Of a stretch of 64,000 nt of DNA, positions 9,444-17,870 are shown one piece after another (the stretch's first letter is position 1; each line of letters opens with the position of its first letter). The stretch covers positions 971 through 64,970 of the forward strand of contig CAVZJM010000005.1 in the NCBI GenBank assembly GCA_963775625.1. The letters are read 5' to 3'. Source of the DNA: an uncultured Actinomycetes bacterium. Lineage in GTDB: Bacteria > Actinomycetota > Thermoleophilia > Gaiellales > Gaiellaceae. The position numbers were made by a program, and so were the translations under genes. The notes below the pieces were generated by a model, which was given only the letters and a program-made list of their open reading frames with translations, searched no databases and was not told the DNA's origin.

Positions 9444-10121
9444 TCACTCACGGCTCGGCTGCTCGGCCGGCGCCTCCGCCTCGAAGAGCCCCGTCTGGTA
9501 GGCGAGTACGACTGCCTGGACGCGGTCACGGAGGTTGAGCTTCTGGAGGATGTGCGTGATGTGTGTCTTGACGGTCGTGTCGCTGATGTAGAGCTCTTGC
9601 GCGATCTCTGCGTTCGAAAGGCCGCGGGCGATCAAGCGAAAGACCTCTCGTTCGCGCTCGCTGAGATCGTCGAGCTCTTTCGGAGGCGCGGGACGGGGCA
9701 TGCGCGCGAACTTGTTGATCACGCGTTTTGTGATCGTCGGTGAGAGAAGCGCGTCGCCGGCCGCGACAGTGCGGATCGCGGCGATCAGCTGTTCGGGAGA
9801 GTCGTCCTTGAGGACGAAGCCGCTTGCGCCAGCCCTTAACGCCTCGTAGACGTATTCGTCGAGATCGAACGTCGTGAGAATCAAGATCCGCGCGGCCTTG
9901 TCGGCTGCGAGGATGCGCCGGGTCGCCTGAAGCCCGTCGAGCTCGGGCATGCGGATATCCATCAAGATGACGGCTGGATGAAACCGGGCCGTCTTGTCCA
10001 CGGCCTCGAGCCCGTTGCTCGCCTCGGCGACGACTTCGATGTCCTGCTCGCCTGCGAGGAGCATGCGAAAGCCGGCGCGGACCATCGACTGGTCGTCGGC
10101 TACGAGCACACGGATCGTCAT
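9444..10121 (-). CDS. two-component response regulator, NarL/LuxR family
   Basis: Receiver domain (VLVADDQ...DIRMPELDG) plus a C-terminal LuxR-type HTH (LSEREREVFRLIARGLSNAEIAQELYISDTTVKTHITHIL). Confidence 0.9.
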   Translation of the reverse strand: MTIRVLVADDQSMVRAGFRMLLAGEQDIEVVAEASNGLEAVDKTARFHPAVILMDIRMPELDGLQATRRILAADKAARILILTTFDLDEYVYEALRAGASGFVLKDDSPEQLIAAIRTVAAGDALLSPTITKRVINKFARMPRPAPPKELDDLSEREREVFRLIARGLSNAEIAQELYISDTTVKTHITHILQKLNLRDRVQAVVLAYQTGLFEAEAPAEQPSRE

Positions 10122-11305
10122 CGTTCCTCCCGGGCGAGCGGGAGGCGTGTGCTGAGGACGAAACCGCCTTCGGTCGCCGTTCCTGCGCTCATCTCACCGC
10201 CGTAGATCTTGACCCGTTCGCGGATACCGACGAGCCCGTGCCCGAGGCCGTCGCTTGTCGCGCTCCCCCGGCCGTTGTCGCGCACCTCGATCTTCAACTC
10301 GTCCGGCCGGTAGCGGACGGTCACGTCGGCATCGCTTGCGCGCGCGTGTTTGAGAGCGTTGGTCAGCCCTTCCTGAACGATGCGATAGGCGGAGAGGTCG
10401 ACCCCTCGTGGAAGCGGGAAAGGCTCGCCGTCGACATGCAGCTCGACGGGCAGTCCCGCGCGGCCGATCTCGTCCAGCAATGAGTCGAGGCCGTCGAGGC
10501 CGGGCTGGGGCAGGAGCTCGGCTTCGTCCCCGTCGCGGCGCATGGCGGCCAGGAGACGGCGCATCTCGGCAAGTGCCGTGCGGCCGGCTCGCTCGACGCT
10601 CCTCAGCGCGTCGCGGTCCTCGGCGAGCGCATCGGGGAGCTTGTGCCTGACGGCGCCGACCTGGAGCACCATCACGCTGACGGCGTGGGCGACGATGTCG
10701 TGGAGCTCACGCGCGATCCGCGAGCGCTCCTCCGCCACCGCGATGCGCGCGGCCGCCTCGCGATCGCGCTCGGCCTGGGCCGCACGTTCTTCCGCCGCCT
10801 CGGCCCGCTCGGCACGCTCACGCAGGGCCCAGCCCGCGACCCAGGCGACCACGAACCGGAGTGGGATGAAGACGAAGTCGCCGACTGGCAGTGGACCGGG
10901 GATGTTGTAGACGACGATCACGATTCCAACGAGCACGATGATCAGGCCCGCGCCTGCCTTCAGCGGATTCCGCAGGTTCCCGAGCAAGAACGCGCTCGCC
11001 AACCCGACGACTCCGAGGCTGCCGATGAACGCGAGCAGCACTCCGTCGCCGAACGAGATCGCCGCGGCCAGGAGCCAGTAGGCAGCCGGAGCGGCGAACG
11101 GAAAGCGCCGACGTGCGAAGAGCGGCAGTACGAGAACGGCCACCGTAGGTATGGCGATCCACAGCGTCGTGGGCGGCGCGCCCGGCGAGTTGCGTCCGAC
11201 CACGAGCTCGAGCATGCCCGCGACCGCCAGGAACGCGATCAGCAGCTCGAACCAGTACTCACGGGCGACGTTTCTAACCTGGCTCACGAGTTGAAGGTAC
11301 TGCAC
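10118..11305 (-). CDS. sensor histidine kinase, HisKA_3 type, polytopic N-terminus
   Basis: GTG start. It has several N-terminal TM helices, the H-box RIARELHDIVAH, and an HATPase tail (NALKHA...DNGRG...GHGLVGIRERV). It overlaps the regulator gene by 4 nt. Confidence 0.85.
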   Translation of the reverse strand: MQYLQLVSQVRNVAREYWFELLIAFLAVAGMLELVVGRNSPGAPPTTLWIAIPTVAVLVLPLFARRRFPFAAPAAYWLLAAAISFGDGVLLAFIGSLGVVGLASAFLLGNLRNPLKAGAGLIIVLVGIVIVVYNIPGPLPVGDFVFIPLRFVVAWVAGWALRERAERAEAAEERAAQAERDREAAARIAVAEERSRIARELHDIVAHAVSVMVLQVGAVRHKLPDALAEDRDALRSVERAGRTALAEMRRLLAAMRRDGDEAELLPQPGLDGLDSLLDEIGRAGLPVELHVDGEPFPLPRGVDLSAYRIVQEGLTNALKHARASDADVTVRYRPDELKIEVRDNGRGSATSDGLGHGLVGIRERVKIYGGEMSAGTATEGGFVLSTRLPLAREER

Positions 11306-11450
11306 GGTCTCACTCGCCGCCTCCTACTCGGGTAGGAGTGGGAATCGTCGCGTCGTCGGAGTTCGATTCCGGCCTGGCGACGACGCGGCCTGTGTAAGCG
11401 CCTCCTAGCGTCGAGGCATGGAATCGACCGACCAAGGAGGATGGAAATGA
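11295..11450 (+). promoter_or_regulatory. divergent control region / leader, copy A (palindrome CTCCTAC-TCGG-GTAGGAG at 11321..11338)
   Basis: Block-wise conserved with 12319..12476. The details are given in the findings. Confidence 0.5.
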
Positions 11451-12248
11451 GCGTCTCGCTTCCACTTACAGGCACGGCCCGCGCTGAGGGCGCCGTCCCG
11501 AGCGTCGAGATTCCGCAGCTGCGGATCGCGCGGGATCCTCGCCGTCTGGGCGGCCGCCGCGCTCCCGATGGCAGTGCTCGCCTGGCTCGTCGCGCCCGTG
11601 CTCGCCGACCGGTTCGCCGGCGATGGCCACGTGCCGATGGCGAAGGCGCTGATCGTGTCCCTCTCGATCGGCATGGTCTGGCAGTTCGTCCTCGTCGCGA
11701 TCCTCGTTGGTCGTGAGCAGCGGACCCTCCGCTGGTCGACCGTCCGCGAGGCGCTCTGGCTCCGCTCTCCGCGGAGCCCGCGCAGCGGCCGCGTCGGCGG
11801 TCGAGTATGGCTGGTCGTGATCCCGCTGATCGTCGCGTTCACCGCGGTGCAGGAGCTGGTCGCGATCGTGCCGGCGCCTGAGAACCGGGAGTTCGCCACG
11901 CTCTTCGAGTCGGACGCGGGCAAGGCGTTCTTGGACGGGGCCTTCGGCTGGTACGGCCTCATCCTCGTGTTCTTCCTCTTCAACACCGTGCTCGGCGAGG
12001 AGCTCCTGTTCCGCGGGTACCTCCTTCCGCGCATGAATGGCGCGTTCGGGCGCGGCGACTGGGTGGCGAACGGCCTCCTCTTCGCCGGCTACCACCTGCA
12101 CGTGCCGTGGGCGATCCCGGGGACGCTCCTCGAGATGTTCACTATCGCGTACCCGACGAAGCGGTATCGGAGCGCCTGGATCGGGATCGCGGTGCACAGC
12201 GCCCAGAGCGTGTTCCTCGGGATCCTCATCCTCACGCTCGTCGTCTGA
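11441..12248 (+). CDS. CPBP family intramembrane glutamic protease (CAAX/Abi-like), interrupted by a 1-nt frameshift
   Basis: Motifs EELLFRGYLLP and FAGYHLH. SD AAGGAGG precedes the ATG at 11441, but the TM-rich body (ORF 11568..12248) is in another frame that reads ILAVWAAAALPM upstream of its first ATG. The frames join near the G-run at 11531..11534. Confidence 0.7.
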
Positions 12249-12270
12249 AACAGCACACTCCTGGACCGGT

Positions 12271-12306
12271 CCAAGTCCTGTGGGCGACTCGGCCCGCAGG
12301 ACTTGG
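12271..12306 (+). terminator. stem-loop after the CPBP gene
   Basis: CCAAGTCCTGTGGGC / GCCCGCAGGACTTGG (15 bp including one G-U pair) lies 22 nt after the stop. The T-tract is weak. Confidence 0.5.
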
Positions 12307-12318
12307 CGCTTCGTGCGG

Positions 12319-12476
12319 AGGTACTGCTCGGTGCCTCCTACCTGAGTAGGACTCGGAATCGTCGGCCGGTGCGAGCTCGAATCCGGCTTTGCGACGACGT
12401 TTTCTCGACGCCGCGCTCTTAACGTCGGGGCATGCAATCGCGCCACCTAGCGCCCGGACGAGAAGGAGGAGCCATG
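12319..12476 (+). promoter_or_regulatory. control region / leader, copy B (palindrome TCCTAC-CTGA-GTAGGA at 12336..12351)
   Basis: Paralog of 11295..11450, including a fossil of the first kinase codons on the minus strand. Confidence 0.5.
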
Positions 12477-12674
12477 AGCCCCACCGCACGGCAGACCCGC
12501 GAGCTCGCCGCCCGCGAGAGCGACGGCATCCACGTCCTCTTGCTCTGGCACCCGCGCGAGAACACCTTGACCGTCTCGGTCGAGGACGCGCGTCTCGGAG
12601 ATCGCTTCCAGCTCGCGGTCGCGCCCGAGCGCGCCCTCGATGTCTTCAACCACCCCTTCGCCTACGCGGCCTAG
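12474..12674 (+). CDS. small conserved hypothetical protein preceding MMPL
   Basis: SD GAAGGAGGA precedes the ATG at 12474. The 66-aa product (DGIHVLLLWHPRENTLTVSVEDARLGDRFQLAV...HPFAYAA) has normal composition. Confidence 0.55.
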   Translation: MSPTARQTRELAARESDGIHVLLLWHPRENTLTVSVEDARLGDRFQLAVAPERALDVFNHPFAYAA

Positions 12675-12701
12675 GGACGACCCACGAAGGAGGAACGAAC
12701 G

Positions 12702-14926
12702 ATGCTCCGCACCACTATCCAAAGCTCCAACATGGCCGGCCGGATGGGCCGGTGGAGCGCCGACCACTGGAAGACAGCGACGTTCGGGTGGTTGGCGTTC
12801 GTCCTCGTCGCCTTCGCTCTCGGCGGCATGACGGGGACGAAGACGATCGATCCGAACGCCGCCGGCCCGGGCGAGTCCGGCCGGATGGACCAGATCCTCG
12901 AGGCCGGCTTCAAGCAGCCTGCGGCCGAGAGCGTGCTCGTCCAGAGCAGCTCGCTCTCCGCCGCCGGCCCCGCCTTCACGGCGGCGGTCGAGGACGTCGT
13001 CGCGCGGATCTCGAAGCTCGACGCCGTCCAGAACGTCCGCTCGCCGCTCGACCCCGCCAATGCCGGTCAGATCTCCGCCGACGGCCGCTCCGCGCTCGTC
13101 GAGTTCGAGATCCGTGGCGCGAAGGCCGACGCGGCCGAGAAGATCGACCCGGTTCTCGCCCAGGTCGCGGCTGCGCAGGAGGCGCATCCGCAGCTCTTCA
13201 TCGGGGAGTTCGGGTACGCCAGCGCGGCCAAGGCCGTCGAGACCGCGTTCGAGGAGGACCTCGGGAAGGCGGGTGTCCTGTCCCTCCCGGTGACGCTCGT
13301 CATCCTCGTGGTCGCCTTCGGAGCGCTGATGGCGGCCGGCATTCCGCTGATCCTCGCCCTGACCGCGGTCTTCGCGACCTTCGGCCTCGTCGCCGTCTCG
13401 AGCCAGTTCGTGCCGGCGGCGATGCAAGCCGGCGCGCTCGTGCTCCTGATCGGGCTCGCGGTCGGCGTTGACTACTCGCTCTTCTACCTCCGGCGCGAAC
13501 GCGAGGAGCGTGCCGCCGGCCGTAGCCCCCGGGACGCCATCGAGATCGCCGCGGCGACCTCCGGGCGTGCCGTGCTCGTCTCCGGCGTCACGGTCATCAT
13601 CGCCATGGCCGGCATGTTCCTGACCGGTAACGAGATCTTCGCGTCGCTCGCCGCCGCGACGATCACGGTGGTCGCGATCGCGATGCTCGGCTCGCTGACC
13701 GTCCTTCCCGCGCTGCTCTCGCGGCTCGGCGACAAGGTCGACCGGGGCCGTGTCCCGCTCGTCGGCCGCCTCCGCCGCGACGACGGAGAGGGTCGGATCT
13801 GGGGCGCGGTCGTCGACCGCGTCCTGCGGCGGCCGGTCCTCTCCGTGATCCTCGCCGGCGGGTTGCTCGTGGCACTCGCGCTTCCCGCCTTCCAGCTCCG
13901 CATGGCGCAGCCGGGCCCCGACACGTTCCCGAAGTCCATTCCCGCGGTGCAGGCCTACGACCACATGCAGGAGGCCTTCCCGGGTACGGCCCTGCCCGCC
14001 AACGTGGTCGTCAAGGCCCCCGACGTGAACGACCCGGCGATGCAGGCTGCCCTCGAGCGGCTCCAGGAGCGGGCGCTCGCCAGCGGCCGCATGCACGAGC
14101 CGATCACGGTCGACGTCAACGACGCGGGCACGGTGGCGAACATCACCATTCCCATCGAAGGCAAGGGAACCGACTCGGTCTCGAACGCCTCGCTGGCCGA
14201 GCTCCGCAACGAGATCGTCCCGAACACCGTGGGCGGCCTTCCGGACGCCGAGACCGGCGTCACGGGCCTCACAGCCCAGTGGAAGGACAGCTCCGACGAC
14301 ATCGCCTCGAAGCTGCCCCTCGTCGTCGGGTTCGTGCTCGTGTTCGCCTTCTCGCTCATGCTCGTCGCCTTCCGGTCGCCCGTGATCGCGGCCAAGGCGA
14401 TCGTCCTCAACCTGCTCTCCGTGGGTGCCGCCTACGGCGTGCTGGTGCTCGTCTTCCAGCACGGCTACGGCAAGGGGCTCCTCGGCTTCAGCTCCACGGC
14501 CGGGATCGACCCGGTCGTCCCGCTGCTCCTGTTCGTGATCCTGTTCGGGCTCTCGATGGACTACCACGTGTTCCTCCTGAGCCGGATCAGGGAGCTCGTC
14601 CAGCGGGGAATGTCAACCGACGAGGCCGTCTCGCAGGGCATCAAGTCGACTGCGGGTGTCGTCACGAGCGCCGCGATCGTCATGGTCGCCGTCTTCGCGG
14701 TCTTCATCACGCTCTCGATGCTGATGTTCAAGCAGTTCGGCGTCGGGCTCGCGACCGCGATCCTGATCGACGCGACGATCGTCCGGGGCGTGCTCCTGCC
14801 CGCATCGATGAAGCTCCTCGGAGACTGGAACTGGTACCTGCCGAGCTGGCTCGAGTGGCTGCCCCGCTTCGACCTTGGGAGTCCGAGGCTCCGACCGAGA
14901 CCAAGCCTACTCCCGTCTCTGCCTAG
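12702..14926 (+). CDS. MMPL family (RND superfamily) transporter; the 3' end requires a frame correction
   Basis: SD GAAGGAGGA precedes the start. The protein shows two 6-TM bundles with large loops and the typical tail LLGDWNWYLPSWLEWLPRF. The natural-looking tail ESEAPTETKPTPVSA* is in the +1 frame after the G-run at 14877..14879. Confidence 0.85.
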
Positions 14927-14933
14927 ACCGAAT

Positions 14934-14968
14934 GGCCGCCCCCGGGCCCTCGTGGCCCGGGGGCGGCC
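14934..14968 (+). terminator. 15-bp GC hairpin between the MMPL and hydrolase genes
   Basis: GGCCGCCCCCGGGCC-CTCGT-GGCCCGGGGGCGGCC lies inside the apparent 1437-aa ORF. Confidence 0.6.
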
Positions 14969-14984
14969 GCGAAAGGAATCCGTC

Positions 14985-17015
14985 ATGCCTGCCTTCACAC
15001 CCGCACGAATCGTCGCCCTTGCGCTTATTGCGCTGACGATCCTGGGTCTCGGCTACCTCCGCTTCGGGCCCGACGACGACCCGGTTTCGATCCCCGCCGG
15101 AGCGCAGGCCGGCGACCTGATCCTCGAGAACTGTGAGTATGCGACCGAGGCCGGCAGCTACGCCGCCGATTGCGGGACCCTCGTCGTCCCCGAGAACCGA
15201 GCCGACCCGGACTCGCGGCTGATCGCGCTGCCCGTGACCCGCATCAAGGCCAGGTCGGACCACCCGGCCGAGCCGATCTTCCGCCTCCAAGGCGGCCCTG
15301 GTATCAGCAACATGGAGTTCCCCCAAGCGAGCCGCTTCGCGGACGACCACGACGTCGTCCTCGTCGGCTATCGGGGCGTGGACGGCTCCGTCCGGCTCGA
15401 CTGCCCGGAGGTCGTCTCAGCACTCAAGCACTCGACCGACGTCCTCGGCGAGACGTTCTTCCGTTCGTACGGCGACGCGTTCCGCGCTTGCGCCGACCGA
15501 CTCACTGACGACGGTGTCGACCTCGCGGGTTACGGCCTGCCGCAGCAGGTCGAGGACCTCGAGGCCACGCGCGAGGCGCTCGGCTACGACCGCGTCGACC
15601 TCGTCAGCGAGAGCGTGGGGACCCGCACCGCGATGATCTATTCCTGGGAGCATCCCGAGAGCATCCACCGCTCTGTGATGATCGCGGTCAACCCGCCCGG
15701 GCACTTCCTCTGGGACGGACCGACCATCGACGAGCAGATCGCCCGCTACGCCAAGCTCTGCTCGCAAGACGAGAGCTGCAGCACGCGGACGGACGACCTC
15801 GCCGCGACGATGAAGCAGACGGCCGCCGACATCCCCGACCGCTGGTTCTTCCTGCCGATCAAGGACGGCAACGTCCGCGTCGCCTCCTTCTTCGGGCTCA
15901 TGGAGACGACCTCGGAGAGTGCGCCACTTTCCGCTCCAATGACGCTGGGCTCGTGGCTCGCAGCCGCCGACGGCGACGCGAGCGGTTTCTGGTTCCAGTC
16001 GCTCCTCGCCGATCTCGCGTTCCCCGAGGCGTTCGTCTGGGGGCAGATGGCCGCCGTCGGGAGGCTCGACGCGCGAGCCGCGACAGACACATTCTCCTCC
16101 GGCAGCCTGACGCCCGAATCGAACCTGGGCGATGCGACGACGGCGTGGACCTGGGGCGGCGGCCGGCTGGTCGATTCCTGGCCAGCGGCGGTGGCCGAGG
16201 ACGACTACCGCACGGTCCGCACGTCGGACATCGAGACCCTTCTGATCGGCGGGGAGGTCGACTTTGCGGCGCCGCCGCAGGGGGCGACGGAGGAGCTCCT
16301 TCCCAATCTGCCGAACGGCCGCCAGGTCGTGCTGCCCGGCTTCGGCCATTCGACGAGCTTCTTTGCGGACCAGCCGGAGGCGGGGACACACCTGATCAAC
16401 ACGTACCTCGCCAGCGGCGAGGTCGACGACTCGCTCTACGAGCCGCAGGCCGTCGACTTCACGCCCGAGGTCACGCAGACGGCACTCGGGAAGGGCGTCG
16501 GCGGTGCGCTCGTCGGCTTCGCCCTCCTCACGGTGCTGTCACTGCTCTGGATGGCCGTCCGCGTCCGCAGGAAAGGCGGATTCGGCGGCAAGGCCGGCGC
16601 GGTCCTGCGGTCGGTCTATCCCCTCGTCCTGGGGCTCGGCGGGTGGTTCGCCGGCGTCCTGATCGTGGTCACGGCGATGCCGGGCACTCCGCTCGACGAC
16701 GAGCTGCTCGCGATCCTCTCGATCGGCGTGCCGATCGCACTCGGCATCTACCTCGCGTGGGTGAACCGCGACTGGGCGGCCAGGATCAAGGCCATCGGCT
16801 TCGCGGCCTCCCTGGGCGGTGCGTTGGTCGTCGGCTGGCTCGGGTTCCAGGTGACGGAGGGGCTCCTCGCCCTTATCACCACGATCCTCGGGGCGACCGT
16901 CGGCGCAAACCTGATCCTGCTCGTCCTCGACATCGCGTGGGATCGGCAGGCTCGCGATCGCTTCGCCGAGGCCGACGCGAAGGAGCCGCTCGAGGCGCAT
17001 CCCTCGATCGGTTGA
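14985..17015 (+). CDS. alpha/beta hydrolase (TAP/prolyl-aminopeptidase-like) with N-terminal anchor and C-terminal 4-TM domain
   Basis: GAAAGGA precedes the ATG at 14985. The protein has a signal anchor IVALALIALTILGLGYL, an oxyanion-like LQGGPG, the nucleophile elbow SESVG, GFGH near the end of the fold, and then four hydrophobic helices. Confidence 0.75.
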   Translation: MPAFTPARIVALALIALTILGLGYLRFGPDDDPVSIPAGAQAGDLILENCEYATEAGSYAADCGTLVVPENRADPDSRLIALPVTRIKARSDHPAEPIFRLQGGPGISNMEFPQASRFADDHDVVLVGYRGVDGSVRLDCPEVVSALKHSTDVLGETFFRSYGDAFRACADRLTDDGVDLAGYGLPQQVEDLEATREALGYDRVDLVSESVGTRTAMIYSWEHPESIHRSVMIAVNPPGHFLWDGPTIDEQIARYAKLCSQDESCSTRTDDLAATMKQTAADIPDRWFFLPIKDGNVRVASFFGLMETTSESAPLSAPMTLGSWLAAADGDASGFWFQSLLADLAFPEAFVWGQMAAVGRLDARAATDTFSSGSLTPESNLGDATTAWTWGGGRLVDSWPAAVAEDDYRTVRTSDIETLLIGGEVDFAAPPQGATEELLPNLPNGRQVVLPGFGHSTSFFADQPEAGTHLINTYLASGEVDDSLYEPQAVDFTPEVTQTALGKGVGGALVGFALLTVLSLLWMAVRVRRKGGFGGKAGAVLRSVYPLVLGLGGWFAGVLIVVTAMPGTPLDDELLAILSIGVPIALGIYLAWVNRDWAARIKAIGFAASLGGALVVGWLGFQVTEGLLALITTILGATVGANLILLVLDIAWDRQARDRFAEADAKEPLEAHPSIG

Positions 17016-17028
17016 GAAGCACCGCACA

Positions 17029-17064
17029 CCAGGTCCTGCGGGCCTTCGGGCTCGCAGGACCTGG
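17029..17064. terminator. bidirectional stem-loop between the hydrolase and pilD
   Basis: CCAGGTCCTGCG / CGCAGGACCTGG (12 bp) is followed by CTTTCT and overlaps the pilD stop region. Confidence 0.6.
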
Positions 17065-17068
17065 CTTT

Positions 17069-17828
17069 CTAGAGCCCGCTGCCGCTCAGGTACGCGTCGA
17101 GGAGAGCGTCCCCGAAGAAGAGCGCGATCACGGCGCCGAAGGCGAGGAACGGGCCGAAGGGGATCGCCATCTTGCGGGCGGCGGAGCCGTGCCGGACGAC
17201 GAGCACGACGGCCGGCACGAGCGCCGCGAGCATGCCGATCATGAGCGCGACCAGCACGAGCTTGCCGAGCATGGCGCCGAGCAGGAGGCAGAGCTTGACG
17301 TCCCCCATCCCCATCCCCTTCGGGATAGGCGAGGAGGGCCGCGAAGAGGAAGAGGGCCGCGCCGAGCGGCGCCAGGATCCACTCGAGCCACTGGCCGGGG
17401 TGGAGGGCGAGCTGCGCCGCGAGGACGATTGCGGCCGAGGGCAGGACGATCTTGTCCGGGAGGATGTGCCGCTCGAAGTCGATGGCGGAGAGGACGACGA
17501 GCGTGGCGCAGAAGAAGGACGCCAGGAACGCCTCGGCGGTCAGGCCGAAGGAGAGGAAGCAGGCGGCGACGAGGAGCGCCGTGAGGAGCTCGACGGCCAG
17601 GTAGCGGAGCCCGATGCGCTCGCCGCAGGCCCGGCAGCGGCCGCGGAGGAGCAGGTACGAGACGACGGGGACGTTGTCGCGCCACGCGATCTGGGCTCCG
17701 CACGAGCCGCAGGCAGACGGGGGACGGACGAGCGAGCGGCCCTCCGGGAGCCGCGCGGCGACGACGTTCAGGAAGCTTCCGAGGGCGAGGGCGGGCGGAA
17801 GGACGACGAAGGCCAGGGCGAGGTTCAT
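17069..17828 (-). CDS. pilD: prepilin peptidase (A24 family) PilD, split by a 1-nt frameshift
   Basis: The N-terminal part carries the Cys motifs CGSCG...CRAC and TM helices. The C-terminal part (ORF 17069..17314) starts MGMGDVKL, the second catalytic Asp motif. The frames join at the C-run 17315..17318 (LLAYPEG/MGMGDVK). Confidence 0.85.
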
Positions 17829-17870
17829 CTCAGCACCGGTATCGGCGCGCGGCGCCGCAGCCTTGAAGGT

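Noticed and set aside
11355-11375. tRNA T-loop-like GGAGTTCGATTCCGG inside leader copy A (GAGCTCGAATCCGG in copy B)
   Set aside because: The flanking bases do not form a 5-bp T stem, and there is no acceptor, D arm or anticodon arm. The resemblance is superficial. It is treated as part of the duplicated leader.
12447-14567. 706-aa ORF on the minus strand opposite the MMPL gene
   Set aside because: Its composition is dominated by Arg/Gly/Asp/Glu/Ala with no hydrophobic core or motifs. It lies fully antisense to a motif-rich MMPL gene, so it is a typical high-GC shadow ORF.
12702-17015. Genuine MMPL-alpha/beta hydrolase fusion protein
   Set aside because: The linker has out-of-frame composition. 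An alternative frame gives a natural stop at 14926. A 15-bp hairpin and a ribosome-binding site with an ATG lie inside the supposed linker. This is kept as a finding so that it can be checked.
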